A stretch of DNA of 64,000 nt from Plasmodiophora brassicae (GCA_036867785.1 CP145418.1:620001-684000); one strand, 5' to 3'. Shown: positions 12,211 through 24,212, numbered from the stretch's first letter. Notes: generated by a model not told the origin, from the letters alone. Program-made: numbers and translations.

Positions 12211-12684
12211 GACTACGGCGGTGGAGTTAGTCACCGCAATCGACTCTGACAATCGCGGGACTCGAATGAGTCCGCGCACCAAATTCCGCGCACGCTGCTA
12301 TTCTTAGAGCGGTTTGCACCCGTTTTCTTTTTTCGGGGCGAAGCCCGAAGGGCCAGGCCGCTGCAGCTGACTGCGGAGAGCACTCGGCAGTGGCCGGCAG
12401 CGCTGACGATTGCTGGCCACGAGAAAGAGGTCGTAGGTGGGAGGCGGCCCGGATCGTTGATCGACTAGGTCGTTTCCAGACGCGGGCTGTGACGGAGCTG
12501 TATGACGGTTTCGCCTTTTGGCGCCAGTCACAAGAGAACCGGTATGTAACGGCTACGCTGTACTGTACTGTAGCGTAGGCAGCCGGTCATAGTACGCTCG
12601 ACGTTCCGAAATGTATTGGTACAGAGCAGTTCGCTGCCCGTCCGCGTTGGGGTGCATTCCGGATCGGAACGTTCTTTTTTCTTT
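12211..12684 (+). ncRNA. Candidate structured ncRNA(s), family not recognised
   Basis: A series of stems with G-U pairs that form only on the + strand, a TTCG tetraloop, and two oligo-T tracts (12323-12333, 12672-12684), all in a divergent intergenic gap. Confidence 0.4.
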
Positions 12685-12769
12685 GCATACACATGCGATG
12701 CCTCGGTGCGATCGGAATCACCACGAAACGCGGTTCTCGAGAGGTGTCTTCAATGCGCTGCGTGAGACG

Positions 12770-13743
12770 ATGACGCTGGCTCGCTGCACGCAAGCGACAT
12801 CGTACGGTGTCCGCATGCGGGGCATCGGCCATAAACTGGCGCGACGAGAATGCCAAGGCAGGCCGTCTCCTGCACCCGTGTCACGATTGGCCGGGGTCGT
12901 GGCACGACCGTCCGCATCAGGTCGGTTCCTGTTCTAAACGCAGTCGCCGTCGTCACAAAGGACAGCGAGCTGAGCGTTATCGCGAGCGATGGGCGAGCGC
13001 TGCTGTCTACGGGACCGCTGGGCGGCATTGCAGCTGACGTCTGCGTTCGTGGTTCGCGTATCGTGCTAATGACGAATGGAGAAGGATGCAGAGGCACGCT
13101 TCACGTGTTGGATATGGGATCTGACAGGGAACGAATAGCGCTTCCTGTCCCATACAATGGATCTGCGGTCGTGCTGGATGGCGATGCTGTTCATGCGTAC
13201 CTTGGGACATCGACAGGGGTCCTGTACCGCGTCGACCTGTCGAACTGTGATGATCAGGATGGCACGTCCGAAAGGTCATCAGTCGTGGCCAAGATCGGTT
13301 CAGGGATCACGTCTTTAGCAGTGTGCAAGGGGGCGATCTACGTCGGAACGGACGGTGCCGTTTTCGTAGTGACTGACGATGGCAGAGTGCGTGTTCTTGA
13401 GGAAGGGATATACCATGCCCTCATCACTGCCGACGAAAGCCAAGGTCGAATTGCATTATGCTGCGCAAGCGGCAAGATTGTAACCAGGACCGTGAATTGC
13501 GAAGCTCGCGATGTTGTTCACGTGCCACGACGTCCCATAAGTGCGCAATATATCAATCCAGACACGATCGCAATCGGCACCATTGACGGCATCGTCTACT
13601 TCCTCGTCCACGGATCCATTCACTCCCATTTGGACTGCACGGCAAGAACGGTATCGCTCGCCATCACATCTGAACATTCCATATTCTTCTCTACGCTTGA
13701 AGGCACGCTGATTGTGATTGGAGATCTTGTCAATGCATTTTGA
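12770..13743 (+). CDS. Beta-propeller (WD40/YVTN-like) protein; start uncertain
   Basis: A 297-codon ORF of short beta-strand repeats (AYLGTSTGVLYRVDL, ITSLAVCKGAIYVGT, IAIGTIDGIVYFL, FFSTLEGTLIVI). Confidence 0.6.
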
Positions 13744-13898
13744 ACGGATGGTCCTTATCGTGTGCGCCCCTCCATAGCCAGGTGTCACGCAATTCCGTGG
13801 CAGTCGCGCAGTTCCGTCAGCTGTCCGTAGAGTGGTGATTAGCGCGCTGCCCATAAAGCCGCGTCCTGTGGTCGTCGCGGTAGCGTAACACGTGAACA

Positions 13899-16162
13899 AT
13901 GACGAGGGAAGAAGGTATCGAGACGCCGGCGGAACCGGGTACGGAGCCGACGTCCGAATCGTCATCAAGCCTCCCGAAGATGTCGTTTGATTCGCTACCG
14001 GAGCTGTCCTTGGGCGAGCTTCTGGCCATTCGACAGGACGAGCCTACTGGCACGAGACGGCGGAAGAAAGGTACCGTGGCACTTGCTGTGTAACGTACGT
14101 GCGATAGTTAAGAAATTGTCAAAGGCCCTAAACCGGCTGTGTCCGCCTTCGGGTACTTTTGTGCGTCGAACCTGGAGGCTATTGTCAAAGATCTTGGTCC
14201 GGATGTGGAGCCTGGCGATATCTGCAAAGTCGGGGCATATCGCCTGTTGTATCCAGAATTCGCGACTGACGTATGCGTTGCAGATTGTACTGGAGAAGTG
14301 GACGCAATTGACAGATGAGCAACGAAAGATCTATGAGGCTCGTGCGGATAAGGACCTAGAGCGTTATGAACGACAATTGAAGCCCAAGGTAGAGGAGACG
14401 GATAAGAAGTCAAAGAAGCGGTTTGGAAGCATGCATCCATGTGACTCGTGCCTCATGTTGACACCATTCGCAACAGGAAGTGTCCCGAGGCACCGAAGCA
14501 TCCGAAGAGCGCGTATTTGTTCTTCGTTGCTGAGCATCGTGATACCGCTAAGAGTAGTGCAAGCGTTTAAGCGGTTATGCCTGTTTGCTTAACTCCGCGT
14601 TTTGTATAGGTCAGGTGGTGAAGGGAAATGAAAAGAGTTTCACTGCTATCGCTCGTCACCTCGGCGAGAGATGGAAATCCTTGTCGGGTCAGCAACGTCT
14701 GGTATATCAAAAGCTTGCGGAAATTGACAAGGTTGGCCTTGCTATGCACTTACCGTATAGCTTTGCTCACAATGTCTCTGGACAGGAACGTTATCGGCGA
14801 GAGAAACAAGAGTACGCCACCGGTGGACCGCTAACGAAGAAGGTCACAATCGGCACCGTCATCGACAACGCGTATGGCCGAGAGGTGACGCGAGCGGGTG
14901 CAGAGGAAGTCGAGGTAACATGGATTTCGTACTTTAGATCGTATGTGATTTTAGTAATGGCCATACGCGATGCATAGAATGACGGCGATGGCGCTGACCC
15001 GAACGCAACAGAAACCGCGGGCGATGCAGCAACCACAAAGCCGCGTCGCCGCAAGCACCCTCTTGCGCCGAAGCACCCACTCAGTGCTTATCTCTTCTTC
15101 GTCGCCACGCATCGGGCGAAAGTCACAAAGCAGTTTGCGGAACTGTCCTTTACTGACATCGCTAAGATGATAGGTTCGGCCGCAAGTATATGAAGTTTCG
15201 TTAACATCCACTGATGATTGTCTATGCCTAGGAGACGTTTGGAAGGACATGACCGCTGAGCAGAGACGGAAATACGAGATTCTGGCTTCGGTCGATAAGA
15301 TGCGATATGGTATCGAGATGCAGGCATGGGCAAAGAGCGAGAACAACCCAATTAACGAGCCAGAAGTCTCCAAAGTCGCCCCTGGCACGGGGAATGGAGA
15401 GGTATGCAAAGGTCGTGTCGTCAATAGGTTGGCATTAACACGAACTGTAGACGTCGCTGGCCAAACGACTTCGCGAACGAGAAGCAGCGCAGACAATCTC
15501 GTCTTTGGCTGTATTCAGGTCCGAGGTCCAGAAACCGGAGGCCAAGGGTACGTTCTTCTGTCTGACTGACTGTACCCGTGTATCTGACCTTCCATCAGCT
15601 GCAGCATCGAGCACTGGGCAGACTGGCGTCGGCTTCCGGCCAGCTGCAAGGTCGCCACCTCCGCCTGAAGCTGCCCCTGCTCTGCAGTACGGTGGGGCTG
15701 CGTACCTGGAGTTTGCCAAAGTCGAATCGTCCTACATCCTGTCTGTTGATCCTGATATTGATGTTGCGGAACTCGACGCTGCATTGCGTCTCACCTGGAT
15801 GGAAATGTCTGTTCACGAAAAAATGGTCAGTCTCCTGTGTACAATAGAATTTCGACAAACTGTGCCTAATTCGTGGTGAACGCTAGGCATTCGACATTCA
15901 TGGGCAAGAATCGGATACCGCGCAGCGACAGGCGCCGTTCGCGTTCCCTGCTAGAGTTGCAGACTGGTCGACTATGGACATCGCCAGTTATGTTGCCGAC
16001 AGTCTCGGGTTCGAGAAGTACCGCGACGTGTTCCTTCGAAGCGGGATCACTGGTGCCGACCTGCACACCCTGACCACGGCCCGCCTGAAGAAAGAGTTCC
16101 TGATTGATAACCTTGGCGAACGCAAACTGATCAAGATCGCGTTCGACGATCTGGTGAAGTAA
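13899..16162 (+). CDS. Multi-HMG-box protein with C-terminal SAM domain, many introns
   Basis: HMG boxes: EKWTQLTDEQRKIYEARADKDLERY; PKHPKSAYLFFVAEHR..SFTAIARHLGERWKSLS; PLAPKHPLSAYLFFV..SFTDIAK..MTAEQRRKYE. SAM: IASYVADSLGFEKYRDVFLRSGITGADLHTLTTARLKKEFLIDNLGERKLI. Confidence 0.82.
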
Positions 16163-16495
16163 ACGACCCGTACCGGTTGCCCCTATCTATGTACCAGGTA
16201 GACTATAGACGAGAATGCTGGCTCGCGGCAGGCTGCTGCACGCTGCTCCTATTTTGGGCATCGCCAGTCGTGCGCGCGCTCTGCGTCGTATCCCACCCAG
16301 ATGGAGCGATGGGGCAAGGCCAGCGGCGGCCTCGAAATAGAACGCGGCTCCGCCGTCATAAATCGATTTAGACCGGCGTCGTCGCTGTCTGGCAGAGTCA
16401 GGGGTGAGCCACCGCTGCTAACGTTTCCGACGGGACTGGCACGTATGTCCAACGTGCCTTAAGCCAATATTGTTGACATCACGCGCCTGACGGTC

Positions 16496-18379
16496 ATGGT
16501 GCAGGTCGTCGACGACTCCATGGGCGAACCTGGTGTCACCGGATCCGTCTGGGGATCGCTGCTGCTGTCTGAGCAGATCAAGCGCACCGAGATCAATGCG
16601 CGCGCCCGCGTCGATCACGGCCTGTACACGTGCAAGCGTTTGGAGGGTTTCGCCCGCCAGATCAGTACGGCGTTCAGCGCGTTTGCCTCGGACCTGTCGC
16701 GAATCTGCCATGAGGAACGGACCCGTACGAACAAGATTGATCGCGATTCGGCTCCCGGCGCTGCTGAACTCTGGGCGGTGATGCTGTCGACGACTACAGC
16801 GATCAGCGACTTGCATGCGACAACGGCCGCAGGGCTCGTTGAATCGTTTGCGAACCCGCTGGCAGATATTCGTTCGCATCTGGACGTGCAGCGCAAGTGC
16901 CTTGACGCACTGAAACGCGACAAGGTCATCGACGTGGTGGCAATGGAGAACGTCCTCGACAAGGAGTCGCGCGCTGCCCTGAAGGCGCTGAAATCGCTTC
17001 AGAATGCAGTGAAGGGCATGTCGAACGACGTATCCGGTACCGCCGAAGGCGTCTTTTCGCGCATGGCTCGAAGGCGGCAGGAGAAGATTGTCAATCGCAA
17101 GATATCGGAAGCGCAGGAAATGTTTCGACGACATGAGACGACGCTGGAGACATACAATGGCCTCTTGACCGAGTTTGAGCAGACCGTGCAGTTTCCTCTT
17201 CTTGGGAAGATCCACAATCTGGACATTAACCGTCTGACGCTGCTTCGTGAATGCACGATCTACCTGTCGGCCGAGATCAGCGACACGTACCTGCCGGACA
17301 ACGAAGCGAACGCTACTGCTGTCAACAACGTGCTGTCGTCAATTGACACTGGTTTGGCGCAGTTCAAAGCCGAGCACGCCGGTCTGAAGAACTCGCTGTC
17401 CTTCGTCAACGAGCTTCCCTGCTCGTCAAAGGCGTTCGATGACCATACGTGGCCGGGATGCCCGATTCAGTTCTGGATGATTCGTTCCGCCGACGACTAT
17501 AAGCGCCGCAACAGCGTCGCCCAAGGTGCCACGACTACTCAACGGCCATCCATCGCCTCGTGCTCGGCCTCGACGTGCGGTGAGAACAACACCGACGATG
17601 AGCATTCGCGGTCGGGATGTACAACGTCGGACGACGAAGACGAGCGTGAACCCGCACCCGTCCACGCTGCCGTTGCGTTTGTTCCGCCTGTCCCGAAACG
17701 ACGCCTTGGCGATGACGACAGGACGCCTGCCCAGTCACCGACTGAGCTGTCTTCTGATGAAGGAACCATTCTGCCACCGTTGCCGCCGATTCCCTGTGTG
17801 GAAGAGGCCTGCTTTGGCGTGGTTGACGATGCTGACGAGCGGTTGGAACGGCCTCAGGAAGACGAAGGCGCGTGCCCGGATCGTGAACAGCAGTCGCAGC
17901 GGCAACGGTCCAAGACGTCTTTGGACACAACCGGCCCATTGATTTCAACGTGTGGTGCGCGTCGAGGGTCTCTGGACGCCAACGAGGATGGGACGACGTG
18001 TCTGGAGTCGTCTCGTGGATCATCGACACGAGCGCCTCCTGTGCTCGGGCGACTTACTCTTGGTAACAAGGCCAACGATACGCCCAGCGACACAGGTGGT
18101 GACCTTCCCGCACCCCGATCAAGGAGACCATCAAAGGCATCCGAAGCGCTCGGGTCCCGAATCGCCATGCTCGCCGACGTTCTCGGGAAGCCCTCGTCGA
18201 TGAAGCCCCCGATAGGAGGCCCGCGTCGCATGACGGGTTCGACAGGGTCCTCGAGCGACACGAGGCCTGCATCTGCCGAGAAGGATCTGTCCCATGCAAA
18301 CATGCATCGTCCGTCGGTGAGCATGCCCCGGCGGCGACGCCCGACCGCTGTCGCGATCGCGAAGCCAATGTCTAACTAA
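16496..18379 (+). CDS. F-BAR/FCH-like coiled-coil protein with a disordered Pro-rich tail
   Basis: Intronless 627 aa. The N-terminal ~300 aa are helical with an FCH-like pattern (GSVWG...DHGLYTCKRLEGFARQ...FASDLSRI...ELWAVML...HATTAAGL...ANPL). The tail carries PxxP motifs. Confidence 0.65.
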   Translation: MVQVVDDSMGEPGVTGSVWGSLLLSEQIKRTEINARARVDHGLYTCKRLEGFARQISTAFSAFASDLSRICHEERTRTNKIDRDSAPGAAELWAVMLSTTTAISDLHATTAAGLVESFANPLADIRSHLDVQRKCLDALKRDKVIDVVAMENVLDKESRAALKALKSLQNAVKGMSNDVSGTAEGVFSRMARRRQEKIVNRKISEAQEMFRRHETTLETYNGLLTEFEQTVQFPLLGKIHNLDINRLTLLRECTIYLSAEISDTYLPDNEANATAVNNVLSSIDTGLAQFKAEHAGLKNSLSFVNELPCSSKAFDDHTWPGCPIQFWMIRSADDYKRRNSVAQGATTTQRPSIASCSASTCGENNTDDEHSRSGCTTSDDEDEREPAPVHAAVAFVPPVPKRRLGDDDRTPAQSPTELSSDEGTILPPLPPIPCVEEACFGVVDDADERLERPQEDEGACPDREQQSQRQRSKTSLDTTGPLISTCGARRGSLDANEDGTTCLESSRGSSTRAPPVLGRLTLGNKANDTPSDTGGDLPAPRSRRPSKASEALGSRIAMLADVLGKPSSMKPPIGGPRRMTGSTGSSSDTRPASAEKDLSHANMHRPSVSMPRRRRPTAVAIAKPMSN

Positions 18380-18487
18380 ACTCAGTATATTTGTCAGAGC
18401 ATCTGTGCAGGCACCGGTCTGTCTGCGAAATTCTAGCCAGTGTATTTCTAAACGTTAATCTATCAATAGACAATGGGGGAGGCGGTA

Positions 18488-19612
18488 CTACAGGAAGATG
18501 TCGTCCAGCAGGCGGAGCGAGTATTCGAACGTCGTGAACGTTACGGCGCAGGCCGGAACGACCCGGATGAGGTTGGCGCTCATACCTCGAAAGAAGGCCC
18601 GGAAGCCTTCCTCCTTGTAAATCTTGGCGACGCATTGACCAACACTTGTGTACGTCTGGCTGGCGCCTTGTTTCTATGTTCAGTCGTAAGCACCCTCAGG
18701 TTACGGGCTCTTGCAACACAGCATGCTAGATGGACCCCACCTGAAACCTCGTCCGAATGACTTCGTGCTGTACAAAGGCATAAGAGCCTGACGCGGCCGA
18801 CGCGCACAGCCTCCTTACCGGGTATGTTACAGACGATGCGACGATCTTGGAGAATGAAGACGCTTTGATTAGGCTCCAGAGGCCCAGCTCCCCGGAATGG
18901 TCCACTCTGTAATACGCTTTGAGCACCTCGTATAGAGGGAACTGGATGGCAACATGGCTAACGCCCATTAGTGACGCTGGAAGGCCCCTGTAAAACCCTC
19001 GGATGCCTTCCTCCTTGTATATCTACAGCGCATGGCATATTACGTAGACGTCGGAGGAGGGGCAGAGACCTAACGCACCCTGACAAACGCATGCGCGATC
19101 CCTCTGTAGATCGGCCGGTCAGTCTTCCCAGCAAACTGCGTCTGAAGGCGGACTTTGACGAGCCACAGAGGATTCGTCGCACATGTCGTGATGGCACCCG
19201 CAGCGGACGCTGCGACGACATGTGTTGAATTGGCGCCGAAATCTTTCATGAGGCCCTCGGACAGGATGGCTTTCAGCCTGCCGTACGACGCGAAGTACAA
19301 TGCCCAGTTCGGAACAAGACCGAGGATTGTGGATCCGAGCCCTTTGAACAGGCCACGCGTGCCCTCCTCGCGTAGCGTTCGCCTGAGCGTCCCGGACAGC
19401 GTCGCGTACCGGACGCCGGATGCAATCTGGTGCGGTCTCGGCTCCAGGTACTGTCGCTGCACCTGCATGCGCGTCTTGGCGAGGTCCAGCGGCGCCGTGC
19501 ACATCGCCGCTATCGTCCCGCTGCATGCACCGGCCACCAGCTCCTTCATCGCCAGCCGCCCATGGCTGCCGGCATGGTGCACGGATCCGTCGGCCGTCGT
19601 TCCCGTCGCCAT
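18488..19612 (-). CDS. Mitochondrial carrier (SLC25), NAD+/folate carrier (NDT-like) subfamily, spliced
   Basis: Three carrier repeats (PLDLAKTRMQ, PLWLVKVRLQTQ, YP|HEVIRTRFQ) and NDT-type PNWALYF and HVAIQFPLYE. Confidence 0.92.
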
Positions 19613-19954
19613 GAATGCGGCGGGCGGCGCGGCGCTGTCACCCCGTCACGGGTTTTCCCGCTCCCCCCAATACAGATGAAGAGCGCGCTACTACTGTCCT
19701 AGCGCCTGCCTAGCCGGCCAGCACGACCATGGCCGGGCGGTCTCGCCAGTCAATCAAAGGTCGCGAAGCCAAGCAGCGGAGTGACCAGCAGCCGCTACGT
19801 ACTGGTCGTTCCAGACTTCCAGTTCCGGGTCCGTTAAGTCACAGTGGGCGAACGATTGCCCGGAGCGAACGTGCGGCGTTGTCAGCACGGTGCGGAACCG
19901 GCCAGCGGGTCCGACAGACGGCGTCGGGCGTGCACGGCCCGGTAAGCTGTCGCA

Positions 19955-21072
19955 ATGGTTGACGATGCTGCCAAACGGCTGAATGAGGTACGGAGATTTG
20001 CTGTCGAGCGGGGCGCCACGATGTGAACCTGTGATCATCAGTTGGAAGGCGTGTCCGACTTCAGACGGCACGAAGCGTTCGACGACCTGGTTGAGAAGTT
20101 TAACCATTCCGTGATTCTGCGCCAGGCTCTTGTGGACGACGACTTTGTGTGCGTTTCGCGTCTCCTCACGTGCCTGCGTTGTCGCAATGACAGCGCTGGC
20201 ATAGGCTGCGGTTTATTCGCGCTAGGAAAGGCGACGTTCTCAAGGGGATCATCATGTTGAAAGCCGCCCTAGAATGGCGGGACGCGTACGGGACCGACAA
20301 GGCGTTTACGTGGACGTTCCCTAAAATTGACCAGATCAAGGAGTAAGCCGTATGGTGTGGGCCACTTGCCTGCAAGCGCATGCTAAGCGATTGTCAGGGT
20401 TTACCCGCATGGCTTCCATAAGTTCGACAAGTCCGGCCATCCGATCTACATAGAGCGGATCGGCCAGCTTGACATCAAGGCCCTTATGGAGATCACCAAT
20501 TCCGACGAGCTCTGCCGCCTTCATGTCCAGTCCATGGAATATTCACGATCTACACTGTAACAGCGTCGCAGGCGCTCCTGGGGACATCAATGCGCCAACC
20601 TCTGCTCTAGGTTCCCCGAGGCGAGTGCCCGCGCTGGTCGCCCCGTCAGTCAGCAGGTCACCATCCTGGACATGGATGGGTTGAGCATGAGCCATGCCTC
20701 GTCCGCTGTCTACGCCTACATCAAAGGATGCGCTGAAATCGATCAGTCGTATTATCCTGAAATACTCAGGTGTCAGCGTATCGACATGTTGGCTGAGCCG
20801 CGGTCTCAACGTGCAATCCAGTCGCATGTTCATCGTCAACGCCCCCGCCGTGTTCTCTGTGGTCTGGAAGATGATTAAGCCTTGGCTGGACGAGAAGACG
20901 CAGTCCAAGGTAACGGCAATCCTTGATGTCTTGATCGCCTATTAACGCCCAGGTCTGCCAGATCTCCATATCGCGAAAGAGCGATGCCGAATCAATTCTC
21001 GAATTAGTAGAGGCCGACGTGCTGCCCGAATTTCTCGGCGGCAAGGACACGACCTTTATGAGCAGCGAGTAA
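19955..21072 (+). CDS. Sec14/CRAL-TRIO lipid-binding protein, spliced
   Basis: YPHGFHKFDKSGHPIYIERIGQLD, ILDMDGLS, IDQSYYPEIL, MFIVNAPAVFSVVWKMIKPWLDEKTQSKV, LPEFLGG. Confidence 0.92.
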
Positions 21073-21524
21073 GCATGCGACGTCTGTGAACCCGTCATCT
21101 GACCGCGTATCGCTAACTGGAATCGCTATCGGACAACGCAGGCAAGAACGGAACGCCCGGCTGTGCGCGCAGGGGAAGCGCCCAGCTGGGTCTACGGCTG
21201 AACTTCGACGATTCGGTTTCGATCCGGATAACTACCCTGCCCAGGTATCCGACGAGCACCCAGACAAGAAGTAACATCAGCATATCATACAGGACGCATA
21301 CTGTCGTTCCACACGGTGCCTGCGCCCCTATTGCGGCAGGCGGCTGTTGCCGCTGACGCATGCGCGCCAGGACGATCTGCGGCGACAGGTTGTTGGGCGG
21401 TGTATGAGAAGCAAGTCGGATTGATGCTGCTGCTGCGATGTTTTATTCCGGCGCCGCATTTCCCAAGCGGTGGAGAGGAGCGCTCTCGTGTTCCGTACTG
21501 GGACGTTGACGCGCAAGCTAGGGG

Positions 21525-23105
21525 TCAGCAGCTGAAGTCAATGGCGAGCTCAGTGCCCAGGTCGTTGGCGAGCAGCTGCAAATTATAGCTGGAGGAGAAC
21601 ATCCCTGGCGTGTATGCAGACGAGGGCAGGTCGGAGCGCAGATACCCGATAGATTTGTAAGCCGATGCAACCAACTCGCTACAGAAGTAAGTTCTTCTAT
21701 CATCGTCGGTATTTGCAACGGTGTTTCGGCGCCTAAGAACATGCCTAATGGGCGTCCACGAGTACTTCTACACAGGATCATCACGTAAGACCATCCGGGA
21801 ACGAATGGACGCTCAACAACGTACGACCTTGCCGATGGAACGCCTACAGAACGCTTCCAAGTGTGCAGCAGTAGGTCTCGGGATAGCGGATGTGAGATGT
21901 CTTATTGCCATTTCAGAGTACTGCTCATGCCATTTCTCCTTGATGAAGCCGACCCAATTACTGATGCAACAATATGGTCAGCATTGCGGCCCAGAACCTG
22001 GTGCACGTTGTCCCCAACCTAACGTGCACTCCTGTGTTGCCGAGCGCCTCGAGAACGCCAACCTCTTTCGTTTTGAACTTTAGAACCATACCAATATGAT
22101 CGTACGAGCTTGAGGTCGCCTGCCGCACAATGCCGCCTCGAATGCCTCGGCTGCGAAACAGCACAACGTCTCCAGTTCGGCACTGGGAAACGACCTCGCT
22201 GGCTGGAATCACCTGACGCATTGGCCCTACCTCCGGCATTGAACGTATCCTCCAAGGTCGTTCCTCCCTGACGGCACCACGACGAGATCAGCGTCCCGTA
22301 CTGTAAATGGATGCACTGCACCAACTTGGTCTCGGCCGTCGTGCCCGGGCGGCAACGATTTACATTGCCGACAATATCGCTGACCCAGGCGTCTCTTTCG
22401 GTGTTGTTCCCGGCTTCGAGGTCGAAGCATTTGCCTTCCAGCTTGATGGAGAATCGGGCTCGCGACGCGTGCGGTGTGGCGGCCACTTCTGCACCGAAAC
22501 CGTTGGCACATCGGAGAGGGCGACCAATCGCCGTTGTTCCCGTCGGGTACCTGTGACAGAATGAAGGTCGATGCGACCGCGGGCCCTGGGCTCATCGACC
22601 TTGAAGTAGAGCAGGCGATCGGAGCGAAGGATGAACAGCCTGGGGTGCCATTGCTGCGAGGCCCAGGGCCCGAACCGGGTCGTCGCGTGCGGGCGACGCT
22701 TCAGGAGCACACCCTGGCGCTCCATGCAACGGAACGACACCTGGGGCGTGACGGGCGACTCCTCCGACATGATCGGAGACGGTACTCCGAGGTCGGAGGT
22801 CGACGACCGCGACGTCCGCAACGGATCGCTCCTAGGCCCGGGCGTGTCGGGCTCGAACGGCGCCGCGAGGTCGCCCACCGAACGCGAACGCCGCCTCGAC
22901 GGTTCCTCCATCGGCGTTCACGTCAGATATCGTGGCGCCCACCGAGCCGCGCGTGCCTCATGGATTCACTGCCAAATTCGGTGTTGCTTCGGACGATGCT
23001 ATCCCCTGTTCCCGAGTCATATGCCGTTTCATTTCCTTGATGACGGAGCCATGATGTCGCACGGGTCGTCCTTGTTCTAGACGTTTCACTGGGCGTCAAC
23101 GCCAT
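21525..23105 (-). CDS. PH domain + permuted papain-like (YaeF/YiiX, NlpC/P60-type) amidase, spliced
   Basis: PH: QGVLLKR...WHPRLFIL..DRLLYFK...RGRIDL...FSI...ERDAWV. Catalytic part: TGDVVLF...YDHIGMV...LEA...TYFCSELVASAYKSIG...YTPGMF, with His before Cys. Confidence 0.82.
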
Positions 23106-23262
23106 GTCACCAGATCAAGCGCGAGCAAGGTCGGTAGCCGTTGAAGTCCCGGCCAGGCACGTTGTGCCAACCACTCCCGGGGATGCATATCCAGGTTGTT
23201 GACCGGGGGCCCCTTGGAATACGTACCGTCAACAGGCCGATGACGGAGCCGGTTCGGTCTGT

Positions 23263-24212
23263 CTAGGCGTGCGGATCGGCGGCAGTCGGGCGAAGGCGCG
23301 CAGCGAGGACGTCAAAATGTTTCTCGATGGAAGGCGGCGCGTCCGCATGGAGATAGTGCACGGTTAGCAAATGCTTCGGTAGCCTATGGCGAAGCAGGTC
23401 GACGAACGTTGTCATTTCCTGTCTCGTCCTGGGCCTGCCTTCGCGGTCAGATACAGCGGTGTGTAGCAGTAACAGTTCGAAGTTCGGTTCACCTGCTGGG
23501 ATTGTCCCATTGGAAAGGCGTCCCGGCCAGAGCAACGTGAACTGACTGACGAGCGCACAGGCCGGCGAAACGGTCGACTGCAGCGGGGTCAAGAGGAAAC
23601 GACCCGTTGGCAGGACTGTTTCCGGGGTCCAGCCACCGCACACCACATACACTGTTCCACAGCGTGTGCGGCATGGAACGGCCTGCAAGTTCGGCAACCA
23701 TTTGGTTCAGGACAATGCCGCCCCGAGAGAACCCGGACAGGACGATTCGCGAGACGTCGGCGCCGGTTTGCGCATGCACGTTGCGAAGAAGCGCAAACAG
23801 ATGATCCTGTCAACACCCGGTTGTTCAGTACACAGTAACGACGCGCGTTATTCCGACAGCGAACCGTCGCATGACCACGCGGGTCTTGCATCAGAGCGCA
23901 TCCCGTAGCCTCATCAACGTCGACGAAGTTATCATAGACGGCGACCCCTCGGCTGTTATCGTACGGGCGCACAAGCACGAGCGCGCCCGCATCCTCATCA
24001 TTCGCCAGCATATCGTTCGCCGCGTGCTCGTACGACGGCGCGCGCGCGTCCCCATCCTGGTCCCGGGACGCCATCAGATCCCCAGGGAACAGCACCACCA
24101 GGTGCCGTGGGCCCTCGCCCGCCCCCATGGCATCCCGGCACCCATACAGCACGTCATTCCGCCTGCCGGCCCAACCTTCCACTGACCGCAGCCAGGTCCA
24201 CCGAACCCTCAT
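23263..24212 (-). CDS. C2orf69/UPF0565-like alpha/beta-hydrolase-like protein, spliced
   Basis: VLFPGD, LVRP..VYDNFV, IVLSGFSRGGIVLNQ, WLDPG, GTPFQW, PPSIEKHFDVL. Confidence 0.82.

Noticed and set aside
12447-12526. Resemblance to tRNA-Sec ends (GCCCGGAT...GGCGCCA) and to U2/U5 (GCCTTTT)
   Set aside because: No cloverleaf, TCA anticodon arm, T-loop, branch-pairing or Sm site. Kept only as part of the unknown ncRNA candidate.
12620-12630. ACAGAG box suggesting U6, or SRP helix 8
   Set aside because: Flanking U6 (AGC triad/ISL) and SRP helix context are missing.
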